Positions 37,162-45,923 of a stretch of 64,000 nt of DNA are shown here, piece after piece. How positions within the stretch are numbered: position 1 is the first letter of the stretch; the number at the start of each line of letters is the position of its first letter. The translations under genes were made by a program, and so were the position numbers. The notes below the pieces were generated by a model, which had not been told where the DNA came from, ran no database searches, and saw nothing but the letters and a program-made list of their open reading frames with translations. This stretch comes from Chloroflexota bacterium (GTDB lineage Bacteria > Chloroflexota > Dehalococcoidia > UBA2979), in assembly GCA_947499615.1 (NCBI GenBank), contig CANMOP010000009.1, positions 7,993 to 71,992 of the forward strand. Reading direction: 5' to 3'.

Positions 37162-37963
37162 CCTCCAGATCCCGATTACCCCGAAGCGCGAGCGAACAAT
37201 CCGCTACGCCGGTGGCGACTACGCTCAGCCGCGGCGTGAACGGCTCCAATGGCAGTTGCAGGCGGTCGCACGCTGGGCCGTGGGCGTCGCGGCAGCAGCC
37301 GCGCTGCTGGTGGGCGGGACGTGGCTGTACCGCGGCGACCTGTTGCGAGTGAAGCAGATCCAGGTCGTGGGCGCGCAGATCATCGATCCAAACGCTGCGG
37401 CCGCGCGCGCCGCGATTGCCAGCGAATCACTACTCACCCTCGACACCGAGGGTGCGGCGAAGCGCGTGGCGGAGCTCCCGGGAGTCGCGAGCGCACGCGT
37501 GCGTCGCGTCTGGCCCCATTCAGCGGTGATCGAGATCACAGAGCGTCAGGGCTGGGGCTACTGGCAGGTACTCGGCATCCGCTCAGTCATCGATGCGCAG
37601 GGTCGAGTTGTCGATCCGGCGCGCCCACCGGCCGCAGATGCACCGACGATCTACGAGGCGGGTGTGTCCGCGCCGCTGGAGACGGGCGCCAACGTGGACC
37701 GAGACACCGTCGGGTTGGTCGATAGGCTGATGCACGACGGGACGTTCGCGCAGTTGAGGCTCCCGCCCGCGCGGTTCGACTTCGAGCGCCGTCGCGGTCT
37801 GGTGATACGCACCGAAGGCGGCCCGTCCGCCGTGTTCGGAGATTCGCACGACTACGAGTTCAAGGTCGCGGCATGGGTAGCACTCATGGGACGCGTCCGC
37901 AGCGGGCAACTGACGGCATCCGAGATCGACCTCCGATTCGGCAAGGAACTGGTGGTACGGTAA
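37154..37963 (+). CDS. ftsQ: Cell division protein FtsQ (POTRA domain)
   Basis: 269-aa ORF with a single TM (VGVAAAAALLVGGTWLY) followed by a POTRA-like segment (VKQIQVVGAQIIDPNA). It sits between ddl and ftsA. Confidence 0.8.
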   Translation: MPDLQIPITPKRERTIRYAGGDYAQPRRERLQWQLQAVARWAVGVAAAAALLVGGTWLYRGDLLRVKQIQVVGAQIIDPNAAAARAAIASESLLTLDTEGAAKRVAELPGVASARVRRVWPHSAVIEITERQGWGYWQVLGIRSVIDAQGRVVDPARPPAADAPTIYEAGVSAPLETGANVDRDTVGLVDRLMHDGTFAQLRLPPARFDFERRRGLVIRTEGGPSAVFGDSHDYEFKVAAWVALMGRVRSGQLTASEIDLRFGKELVVR

Positions 37964-39198
37964 TGGCGAACCCCACATTCGCGGCGATCGACATTGGCAC
38001 GACCAAGGTGTGCACCGTGGTCGCGGAGATCATTGCAGGCGAGATTCGCATCCTCGGCACTGGTGTCGGGCCTTCCGCTGGCCTGAACAAGGGCATGGTC
38101 GACAACATCCACGCCGCCATCGAGGCGATCGCGTCATCCGTGGATAAGGCGGAGCGTGCCTCCGGAACGCGCATCCTCTCCGCGCATGTCGGCATCGCCG
38201 GCCCACACGTCTCATCGATGAACTCACGCGGGATCGTGGCGATCGCCGACCCCCGGCACCCGATCACCGACGGCGACGTGCAACGCGCGCTGGAAAGCGC
38301 CCGCATCGTCAACATCCCGAACAACCGCGAGGTGATCCACGTAGTCCCCCGTTACTACGTGGTGGACGGACAGGATCACGTCGTGGACCCGCTCGGGATG
38401 TTCGGGTCACGGCTGGATGTGGAGACGCACGTCGTAACGGCCGGCTCCTCCGCGATGCACAACCTGATGCAATGCGTAGAGGGCGCGGGCGTCCGCGTGG
38501 ACTCGCTCATCCTGGAGCCGCTGGCATCTGCGGAAGCCGTTGTGGATCAGGAAGAGCTGAACCAGGGCGTGGTGCTCTGCGACATTGGCGGCGGGACTAC
38601 CGACCTCGCGGTGTTCGTGCAGGGGGCGGTGATCCACACCGCCGTACTGCCCGTGGGCGGGCAAAACATGACAAAGGACCTCGTCGTTGCGCTGCGAGTG
38701 CCGCAGCCCGCCGCCGAGATTACGAAGCGCAAGTTCGGCCACGCCATCCCCTCGATGGTGGAGGACGACGAAGTGCTGGTGGACGCATTCGGCTCCGAGG
38801 GGACCAAGTCCGTCCGCCGCCGTCTCATCGCCGAGGTGCTGCAGGCCCGCACCGAGGAGTTGTTCGAGACCGTGCTCTCCGAGATTCGCCGCGCCACCCA
38901 GCACGACACGCTCTCGGCGGGGCTGGTGCTCACCGGCGGTGCCTCCAGCCTCCCTGGTATCGAGTTGCTCGCGGAGGACGTCATCGGCCTCCCGGCACGT
39001 ATCGGCCGACCGCATCACCTGGCGGGACTGTCAGACCAGCTCAGCGACCCGGCCTACTCGACATCGGTCGGGCTGCTGCGCATGGCGATGAAGAGTCACG
39101 ACGTGATGTTCCGGACTGCTCCCCTGCTGCCGAGCGCATCGCTCGGCGGGCTATTGCGAAAGGTGGCACATCTCATGCGCCTGGTACTGCCGCAATGA
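37963..39198 (+). CDS. ftsA: Cell division protein FtsA
   Basis: The ATG at 37963 overlaps the ftsQ stop as TAATG. The N-terminus is actin-like ([17 protein letters not shown]), with [13 protein letters not shown] further in and an amphipathic C-terminal helix. Confidence 0.95.
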   Translation: MANPTFAAIDIGTTKVCTVVAEIIAGEIRILGTGVGPSAGLNKGMVDNIHAAIEAIASSVDKAERASGTRILSAHVGIAGPHVSSMNSRGIVAIADPRHPITDGDVQRALESARIVNIPNNREVIHVVPRYYVVDGQDHVVDPLGMFGSRLDVETHVVTAGSSAMHNLMQCVEGAGVRVDSLILEPLASAEAVVDQEELNQGVVLCDIGGGTTDLAVFVQGAVIHTAVLPVGGQNMTKDLVVALRVPQPAAEITKRKFGHAIPSMVEDDEVLVDAFGSEGTKSVRRRLIAEVLQARTEELFETVLSEIRRATQHDTLSAGLVLTGGASSLPGIELLAEDVIGLPARIGRPHHLAGLSDQLSDPAYSTSVGLLRMAMKSHDVMFRTAPLLPSASLGGLLRKVAHLMRLVLPQ

Positions 39199-40706
39199 CC
39201 GGCCACACGGACAACGACGAGGTGACACCCGGGAGAGCGGAAACGCTGTTCGACTACCTGTCCGCCGCGCGTGCGCGGCTGGACGCGATCGGCGAGGAGG
39301 AGCCGCCCACCCTCGACGCTGTCGAGGCCACGCCGGAGCCGAAACCGTTAGCATTGTCCGACCGGAGGGTCGATCCACCGATCGCGGGCTGTGCCTCCGA
39401 ATACGACCTCATCGACCATCGGCCAATCGCGGAACCTGCGCAGCGCGTCATCCCCCAACGCGCTGCGACGCCCGCGCCGCCCCAGCGGACGCGGCCGAAA
39501 CTTCGGAACCAGGAGTCACGCGCTGCTGCGGCGCGCGGCTCCTCCCCTACCCCCCAGGCAGCGAGCGCAGCGCACGCCGAGACCACCGTCCCGGCAGACA
39601 CGGAGGCCCCCGACATGACGAACCAATACGACACCTTGCCGCCGATCAAGGTCGTGGGCGTGGGCGGCGGCGGGTCCAACGCCGTCAACCGCATGATCTC
39701 GGCGAAGCTGCCCGGCGTGCAGTACGTGGCGCTGAACACTGACATGCAGGCGCTGCAGTACTGCCAGGCGGAAATCAAGGTCCGCATCGGCGACCGGCTC
39801 ACCAAGGGCCTGGGCGCCGGTGCCGACCCGCTCCGCGGTGCTCGTGCCGCGGAGGAGTCTCGCGAGGCGATCGCAGAGGCACTGCAGGGCGCTGAGATGG
39901 TGTTCGTGACTGCCTGCCTCGGCGGCGGCACCGGCACCGGCGCCGCGCCAATCGTGGCGGAGGTCGCGCGCGAACTCGGCGCGCTGACCATCGGCGTGGT
40001 CACCAAGCCGTTCGCCTTTGAGGGTGCGAAGCGCCGTCAGCAGGCAGAGGAAGGCATCCGCGACCTCCAGGCGAAGGTCGACACCCTGATCGTCATCCCG
40101 AACGACCGGCTGCTCCAGATCTGCGACGACAAGGTCACGATGGCCGACGCCTTCCGCGCCGCGGACGACGTACTGCGACAGGGCATCCAGGGCATCAGCG
40201 AGCTGATCACCGTGCCGGGCCTGGTCAACCTCGACTTCGCCGATGTGCGCAAGATTATGTCGGAGGCCGGCCCCGCCCTGATGGCGATCGGCACTGGCCG
40301 CGGCGAGCACCGTGCCGTCGAGGCTGCTCGTGCGGCGATCTCCAGCCCGCTGCTGGATGTGGACATCACCGGCGCAACGAAGGTGCTGTTCAACATCACC
40401 GGCCCGGCGAACCTTGGCCTGCACGAGTTGAACGCGGCTGCCCGCGTGATCGCCGAGGTGGTCGACCCGGAGGCCGAGATCATCTTCGGCACCGCCGTGG
40501 ACGACTCGCTCACCGACGAGGTGCGCATCACGGTCATCGGCACCGGGTTCACCGGCCGACAGGTGACCATGCGCAACGTGCTGGACGGCATATCCATGGA
40601 GCCACGGCCGATCAAGATGGCGGACCTCCAGGGCGATTCCGGCATCGACTCGCTGTCGGAGGCGGAGTTGCCGACGTTCCTGCGCCGCACCTTCCCCTCG
40701 CGCTAG
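39195..40706 (+). CDS. ftsZ: Cell division protein FtsZ (coordinates include a possible 140-codon N-terminal extension; conservative start at 39615)
   Basis: - The core begins [17 protein letters not shown], with [10 protein letters not shown] (the tubulin signature) further in.
- Start option 1: the ATG at 39615 is preceded by GGAGG at an 8-nt spacing.
- Start option 2: an in-frame ATG at 39195 overlaps the ftsA stop as ATGA, with no stop codon in between. Confidence 0.95.
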   Translation: MTGHTDNDEVTPGRAETLFDYLSAARARLDAIGEEEPPTLDAVEATPEPKPLALSDRRVDPPIAGCASEYDLIDHRPIAEPAQRVIPQRAATPAPPQRTRPKLRNQESRAAAARGSSPTPQAASAAHAETTVPADTEAPDMTNQYDTLPPIKVVGVGGGGSNAVNRMISAKLPGVQYVALNTDMQALQYCQAEIKVRIGDRLTKGLGAGADPLRGARAAEESREAIAEALQGAEMVFVTACLGGGTGTGAAPIVAEVARELGALTIGVVTKPFAFEGAKRRQQAEEGIRDLQAKVDTLIVIPNDRLLQICDDKVTMADAFRAADDVLRQGIQGISELITVPGLVNLDFADVRKIMSEAGPALMAIGTGRGEHRAVEAARAAISSPLLDVDITGATKVLFNITGPANLGLHELNAAARVIAEVVDPEAEIIFGTAVDDSLTDEVRITVIGTGFTGRQVTMRNVLDGISMEPRPIKMADLQGDSGIDSLSEAELPTFLRRTFPSR

Positions 40707-40729
40707 TCGGATCCGCCTCGCGCGTCCGA

Positions 40730-40767
40730 AGCGGCCCGCACGTGACCTATCACGTGCGGGCCGCTTG
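40730..40767 (+). terminator. Strong hairpin terminator candidate after ftsZ
   Basis: A 17-bp perfect stem (AAGCGGCCCGCACGTGA / TCACGTGCGGGCCGCTT) with a 4-nt loop, 24 nt after the ftsZ stop. Confidence 0.65.
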
Positions 40768-40958
40768 CTATCCGGCGCTCAGACGCGGCACCGGGCGGTC
40801 ATCCACCGGCAGCCACGGGGCGTGGACAACTTCCCCCGACTCTGTGCACTGCTCTGTGGAAGGATGACCTTGTGGGGCGCGCCCCGCGATGCTTCACTGC
40901 GATTCGCCGCGCAGCGCGGAACCACCGGACTCCCCCTCCGAAAGCATCGAACCAACCA

Positions 40959-41531
40959 ATGAAATGCCCGTATTGCGGTCAAATGGCTTCTCGTGTGGTG
41001 GACTCGCGTACCGCGGAGTCCGGCGTACGCCGACGTCGAGAGTGCCAGGAGTGTGGCGAGCGGTTCACCACGTATGAGCAGTACCAGGCAACCGTGGTGA
41101 TGGTGGTGAAGAAGGACGAACGCCGCGAGGAGTTCCACCGTGAGAAGCTCCTCCACGGCCTCCGCGTCGCCACCTCCAAGCGCCCGCTGCCCGCGAACGC
41201 CGTGGAGGCGATCGTCGATGACATCGAGCGGCGGCTGATGGCGTCCGGCCGCGCGGAGATCCCCAGCCGGGTAATCGGCGAGATGGTGATCACACAGCTG
41301 AAGCGGCTGGACCCGATCGCGTACATCCGCTTCGCATCGGTCTACCGTCAGTTCGTCTCGGTGGAGGACATGCTGAGCGAGCTCGACCAGTTGACGTTCA
41401 ACCCACTGCCGCCGGCGGAGCAGCCTCGGCTGTTCGAGGATGAGCTGGCCCGGCTGCTGAACGGCGATGACGAGCTGCCGCGCACGCCCACCCCGATCGA
41501 GGCGGCCCCTTCCGCCCTCGCACGCCGGTAG
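40959..41531 (+). CDS. nrdR: Transcriptional repressor NrdR (with C-terminal extension)
   Basis: An internal ATG at 40959 gives MKCPYCGQMASRVVDSRTAESGVRRRRECQECGERFTTYE, a zinc ribbon. It is followed by an ATP-cone segment (KRPLPANAVEAIVDDIE...IAYIRFASVYRQF). Confidence 0.93.
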   Translation: MKCPYCGQMASRVVDSRTAESGVRRRRECQECGERFTTYEQYQATVVMVVKKDERREEFHREKLLHGLRVATSKRPLPANAVEAIVDDIERRLMASGRAEIPSRVIGEMVITQLKRLDPIAYIRFASVYRQFVSVEDMLSELDQLTFNPLPPAEQPRLFEDELARLLNGDDELPRTPTPIEAAPSALARR

Positions 41532-41540
41532 GACGGTTTC

Positions 41541-41987
41541 GTGGCGCACCCCTACGACGCCGAGAACGAGCACAGCGCGGCGGAGTTGCGCGCGCTCGTT
41601 TCCCGGCTGTCCGAGGCGCAATTGCGCGCTGAAGTCGGCGGCGGGTGGACCGTCGGGACGGTGCTCGCGCACCTCGCGTACTGGGATCGACGGGTGGCAG
41701 GCGTCTGCGCACTCTGGCAGCGCGGACTTCGCACTTACCCATCGCCGCCTGACGATGCCATCGACGTCGCCGCCAACGATGCACTCGAGCCGCTGCTCCG
41801 CCTGGTTCCACCCGGCGACGCGGCGCGCTCATCGGTGGAAGCGGCAGAAGCCGCGAATGCAGCGCTCGCGGGCCTCAGTCCAGAGCACGCGCAATGGGCG
41901 ATGGCAATCGACAGCCCGATAGTTGCCAACCGATCTGGCCACCGAGGCGAGCACATCGCGCAGATCGAGGCAGCGCTGCGCGGCTGA
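41541..41987 (+). CDS. DinB-superfamily (DinB_2-like) protein
   Basis: 148-aa ORF with a GTG start. WTVGTVLAHLAYWD and RSGHRGEHIAQIE resemble the His-containing helices of the DinB four-helix bundle. Confidence 0.65.
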   Translation: MAHPYDAENEHSAAELRALVSRLSEAQLRAEVGGGWTVGTVLAHLAYWDRRVAGVCALWQRGLRTYPSPPDDAIDVAANDALEPLLRLVPPGDAARSSVEAAEAANAALAGLSPEHAQWAMAIDSPIVANRSGHRGEHIAQIEAALRG

Positions 41988-42120
41988 CCGCGACGCACCG
42001 ATCCACCCGGGCGGGCACCGTGTGTTCTAAGATCGATCCGGATCGACTCGGCGGGTTGCGCGCGTAAAGAACGTATGTTCCAATAGCGCCATCCCCGCCT
42101 GCGGAGGCATCGATAGACCG

Positions 42121-44277
42121 ATGGTCGCGACCCCACCCCTCACCGCTCACCCCGTCTCACTCAGCGAGAACGCTCGCACCGTGCTGGAGCGCCGCTACCT
42201 GCTGCGTGACGCCTCGGGCACCGTCGTCGAGACGCCGGAGCAGCTGTTCGCCCGCGTCGCCGAAGCGATCGCCGCCACCGAAGCGACCGAGGCACTCCGT
42301 GCCGCGTGGGCTCAACGCTTCTATGACGCGATCGCGAGCCTGCGCTTCCTGCCGAACTCGCCCACCTTGATGAACGCCGGCACCGGGCGCGGCACCCTCG
42401 CCGCCTGTTTCGTGCTCCCGGTCGATGACTCGATGGAGTCCATTATGTCCACCGCCCAGGCTGCGGCGATGGTGCAGAAGTACGGTGGCGGCACCGGCTT
42501 CTCCCTCTCGCGACTGCGCGGTGTCGGCGAGCCGATTGCGACCACGCACGGCTCCGCCTGCGGCCCGGTCTCCGTGCTGCACCACTACGACGATGTCTCT
42601 CGCCTGGTGACGCAGGGCGGCAAGCGTGATGGCGCCAACATGGCAGTGCTGCGCGTCGACCATCCGGACGTGCGCGCGTTCATCCACGCCAAGGACGACG
42701 GCGTCACGGCGCAGCGCTTCAACATCTCGATCGGCGTGACGGACGAGTTCATGGCCGCCGCCGCCGAGCAGCGCGCGATCACACTCGTCGACCCGCACAC
42801 CGGGGAGTCGCGGGGCACCGAGGACGCCAGCGCGCTGCTGGATGAGATCGCGCGGTCGGCGTGGCTCACGGGCGACCCCGGTCTGATCTTCCTCGACACG
42901 GTCAACCGCACCAACCCGACTCCCACACTCGGCACGATCGAGGCGACCAACCCCTGCGGCGAGGTGCCACTGCTCCCGTGGGAGGCGTGCACCCTCGGCT
43001 CGATCCACGTCGCGCGGTTCTGGGACGCGCAGCGTGGCGACCTCGACTGGGACGGACTGCGCGCCACAGTGGCGCTGGCGGTCCGCTTCCTGGACAACGT
43101 GGTGGAGGCGAACACCTTCCCGCTGGAGGAGATCGCGCAGGCAGTGCGCGCCAACCGCAAGATCGGCGTGGGCATCATGGGGTTCGCAGACCTGCTGATC
43201 GCCGCCGGCGTCGCGTACAACTCCGAGGCCGCCCTGGCGCTGGCCTCCAGGCTGAGTCGCACCATCGGCGAGGCCGCCGACGCCACCTCGGCCGCTTTAG
43301 GCGAAGAGAAGGGCGCCTTCCCGAACTGGGGCGAGTCGATCTATGCGAACGGCCCGCGGTATCGCAACGCCACACGCACCTGCATCGCCCCGACCGGGAC
43401 GATCGCGATCATCGCCGGCGCCTCCTCCGGCATCGAGCCACTGTTCTCGCTCGCCCACATGCGGCGGATGGGCGATGGAACGCTGCTCGCGGAGGTCTCC
43501 GCTGCGTTCGCCGAGGCAGCGCGCGACGGCGGCTTCGGCAGCGCCGAGCTCAACTCGGCACTCGCGTCCGGCGGGCGGCTCGGCGAGCGCGCGGAGGTCC
43601 CGGAGGCGGCGAAGCGTCGCTTCGTCACCGCGCACGAGGTGAGCGGAGAGTGGCACGTTCGCATGCAGGCGGCGTTCCAGGCGCACACCGACCTCGCGGT
43701 CTCGAAGACCGTCAACCTCCCGCACGAGGCGACGCCGGAGCAGATCCGGGAGGTGTACGTGCGCGCCCATGCACTCGGCTGCAAAGGCGTCACCGTCTAT
43801 CGCGACGGCTCGCGAGCGCTACAGGTGCTCGCGCACCCCTCGATGCCCGGCGCTGTCGCAGCGGCCACGCCGTACCGCCGCCACCTGCCGGACGAGCGGC
43901 CGGCGGTGACACACAAGTTCCGCGTCGGCGAGCAGGAGGGCTCGACAGTGTCCGGGCTCGCGGACGCAGTAGCGCTGCTCACCTCGATGGCGCTGCAGTA
44001 CGGCGTCAGCATCGAGACGCTCGCGGACAAGTTAGAGCACACCCGCTTCGAGCCGTACGGCCCGACCGGCAACGCCGAGATCCCGCTGGCCACCAGCGTG
44101 CTGGACTACATCTTCCGCTGGCTGCGTCTCCACTTCGGCACTGCAGACACACGTACGTCATCGGATGCGAACGACGCCGTGCAGTCCGGCATCGCGTGCC
44201 CGGACTGCGGCCTACAACTCGCGTACCGGGAGCGTTGCCTGGTCTGCGAGGCGTGCGGCTACTCACGCTGCGGATAG
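42121..44277 (+). CDS. nrdJ: Adenosylcobalamin-dependent (class II) ribonucleotide reductase NrdJ
   Basis: 718-aa ORF with these motifs: LERRYLLRD, FLPNSPTLMNAGT, ACFVLPV.DSMESI, TNPCGEVPL, ALQYGVSIETL, RFEPYGPTGN and a C-terminal Cys-rich tail (CPDCG..CLVCEACGYSRCG). Confidence 0.93.
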   Translation: MVATPPLTAHPVSLSENARTVLERRYLLRDASGTVVETPEQLFARVAEAIAATEATEALRAAWAQRFYDAIASLRFLPNSPTLMNAGTGRGTLAACFVLPVDDSMESIMSTAQAAAMVQKYGGGTGFSLSRLRGVGEPIATTHGSACGPVSVLHHYDDVSRLVTQGGKRDGANMAVLRVDHPDVRAFIHAKDDGVTAQRFNISIGVTDEFMAAAAEQRAITLVDPHTGESRGTEDASALLDEIARSAWLTGDPGLIFLDTVNRTNPTPTLGTIEATNPCGEVPLLPWEACTLGSIHVARFWDAQRGDLDWDGLRATVALAVRFLDNVVEANTFPLEEIAQAVRANRKIGVGIMGFADLLIAAGVAYNSEAALALASRLSRTIGEAADATSAALGEEKGAFPNWGESIYANGPRYRNATRTCIAPTGTIAIIAGASSGIEPLFSLAHMRRMGDGTLLAEVSAAFAEAARDGGFGSAELNSALASGGRLGERAEVPEAAKRRFVTAHEVSGEWHVRMQAAFQAHTDLAVSKTVNLPHEATPEQIREVYVRAHALGCKGVTVYRDGSRALQVLAHPSMPGAVAAATPYRRHLPDERPAVTHKFRVGEQEGSTVSGLADAVALLTSMALQYGVSIETLADKLEHTRFEPYGPTGNAEIPLATSVLDYIFRWLRLHFGTADTRTSSDANDAVQSGIACPDCGLQLAYRERCLVCEACGYSRCG

Positions 44278-44300
44278 CGGCGCGCCTCAGCGGCGGGTGG

Positions 44301-44377
44301 CCCTCAACCCTGCCCCTCTCCCACTCCGCGGGCCAGGGGTTCCGAGCGGTGCAGGGAGAAGGGGCCGGCGGTGAGGG
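44301..44377. repeat. GC-rich palindromic intergenic repeat, diverged two-arm copy
   Basis: CCCTCAACCCTGCCCCTCTCCC faces its inverted partner GGGAGAAGGGGCCGGCGGTGAGGG across about 30 nt. The copy lies just downstream of nrdJ. Confidence 0.7.
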
Positions 44378-44411
44378 CCCCCTGCTCCCTGCAATCCCAT
44401 AGAATTGAGTC

Positions 44412-45020
44412 ATGCCACTGCTCGCCGACTTCCGGGCCGCCGCGATCGCACGCACTCGCTTTCCCGACGACCAGCGGTTGAGCGAGGCGGCCCTGTTCGC
44501 TCTGGTCCGCGACATCCCGTTCGGCCGACCCACAGACGAGCACCCCGAGACAGTGATCGCAGAGTGGCGCGCCACCTCGATCGGGAAGCACATCCTGCTA
44601 CAGGCGCTTGCCGAGGAGTTCGGGCTGCACACCATGCTGATCTGCGCGCTGCACGAGTTCGGGCCACAGACCACGCCGTGGCTCCCGGCGGCACTGCTGG
44701 CCGATCTGGCGGCGGACGGACCGGTGCCCGACCTGCACATGTTCTTACGGTTGAAGATCGCTGACGACTGGATGACCGTGGACGCCACCTGGCCACTGGC
44801 CACGGCAGCACTCGGGTTCCCAGTGAACGAGCGCTTCGACGCGGGGCGTGAGATGCGGCCGGCCTGTGACCCCGACGAGGTGCTACACGTCCCACCGGAG
44901 GCCGACCCGATCGAGTTCGCCGAACGGCTGATCGCCTCGCACGTCGGCGCCCAATCGGAGCGCCGAGCGCGCCTCCTCGCTGCGCTCGCCGACGTGGCCG
45001 CGGCAGCGAACACCCGCTGA
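44412..45020 (+). CDS. Hypothetical protein (possibly transglutaminase-like fold)
   Basis: 202-aa ORF with G/C-rich third codon positions. The segment IPFGRP...EWRATSIGKHILLQAL...HMFLRLKIADDWMTVDATW resembles, from memory, a transglutaminase-like family. No confident match can be made by eye. Confidence 0.55.
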   Translation: MPLLADFRAAAIARTRFPDDQRLSEAALFALVRDIPFGRPTDEHPETVIAEWRATSIGKHILLQALAEEFGLHTMLICALHEFGPQTTPWLPAALLADLAADGPVPDLHMFLRLKIADDWMTVDATWPLATAALGFPVNERFDAGREMRPACDPDEVLHVPPEADPIEFAERLIASHVGAQSERRARLLAALADVAAAANTR

Positions 45021-45077
45021 TCCGGTCGGCGCCCTCGTATGCGCGGTGTGCGGCCGCGGGCGGCGTACACTGATCGC

Positions 45078-45365
45078 ATGTACGGATACGAACCACCGCG
45101 GACACCGAGCGAGCGTGGAAGCTGGGCAGAAGTGCTCGCATTCATCATCGCGGCGTTTCAGGTGCTCTTCCCGTTCCTCGCGATCGTCATCGGCGCGCTT
45201 GGCGTCGTGTTGCTGCTGCTCTACCTCTACATCGTGAATGCATGGCTCACACTGATTCCGCTCTCGGTGATCGCCGCGGGTATCGGCGCGTTACTGCTGC
45301 GCGAGCGTCGGAACCGTCTGGCGATGACACGCCGGATCGAGGGCACCGACACGCGCCGCCGATAG
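45078..45365 (+). CDS. Small hypothetical membrane protein (two predicted TM segments)
   Basis: An internal ATG at 45078 gives MYGYEPPRTPSERGSWAEVLAFIIAAFQVLFPFLAIVIGALGVVLLLLYLYIVNAWLTLIPLSVIAAGIGALLL... I recognise no family. Confidence 0.45.
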   Translation: MYGYEPPRTPSERGSWAEVLAFIIAAFQVLFPFLAIVIGALGVVLLLLYLYIVNAWLTLIPLSVIAAGIGALLLRERRNRLAMTRRIEGTDTRRR

Positions 45366-45572
45366 CGCCACGCCGCGCCGAACTGGGCGGCTGCATGCGA
45401 TATCCCCTCGCGCTGCGCTGAACGACCTTGCGAGATGCTGACGAGCCGCATAAGTACGGGCGCGCACGAGCGGGAACGAGGGTTCTCCCCACGATCGTGC
45501 GCACCCACGGTGCGCAGACTGATGACATCGCACCCGCCTCTCCGAGGCGTCACCCGACAAAGGAGTCTGACG

Positions 45573-45815
45573 ATGCACAAAGCACAGGCAGTGGCGGATC
45601 TCACCATGCGGTTGGCGCGCGTCACCACGACGGAACATGCACGCACCGCACTGGAGCGGGCGCTGCGCTCCACAGGGCTCACGCACGCGATGACGATCCG
45701 CGACACGGATCTGGAAGCTCTCCTGCAGGCGCTTGCCGCTGAAGGTGGAGCGATTCAATCGATCGCGGAGCAGATCGCCATGCACAGTGATGGCGACGGC
45801 CCGCTGGCCGCGTAG
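45573..45815 (+). CDS. Small hypothetical protein (80 aa)
   Basis: The ATG at 45573 is preceded by AAGGAG at an 8-nt spacing. The product begins MHKAQAVADLTMRLARVTTTEHARTALERALRSTGL... and I recognise no family. Confidence 0.5.
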   Translation: MHKAQAVADLTMRLARVTTTEHARTALERALRSTGLTHAMTIRDTDLEALLQALAAEGGAIQSIAEQIAMHSDGDGPLAA

Positions 45816-45923
45816 CGGAGCGCACCGCGTCCGTCCCTCGGTCCGGCGCCACCTCGCGCCGCTCAAACGACGGCCAAGCGGTGCCGCCACCGGCGCAGCG
45901 GCACCCGGCGGTACAATCGACGC

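Noticed and set aside
38472-39194. The upstream 240 codons of the 744-aa ORF that contains ftsZ
   Set aside because: This part lies entirely inside ftsA in another frame and is Arg/Gly-rich. Only the stretch from the ftsA stop (39195) onward is plausibly coding.
42021-42090. NrdR boxes upstream of nrdJ
   Set aside because: I expected tandem 16-bp AT-rich palindromes. I found only a perfect 14-bp palindrome (TCGATCCGGATCGA, 42033-42046) and an imperfect one (GAACGTATGTTC). Neither matches the NrdR-box consensus as I remember it. A position-weight-matrix scan would be needed.
45366-45572. Riboswitch in the 200-nt leader before the 80-aa ORF
   Set aside because: I could recognise no conserved riboswitch core (c-di-GMP, ydaO-type, SAM, TPP and others). 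It is left as an unexplained leader within the orphan-gene finding.
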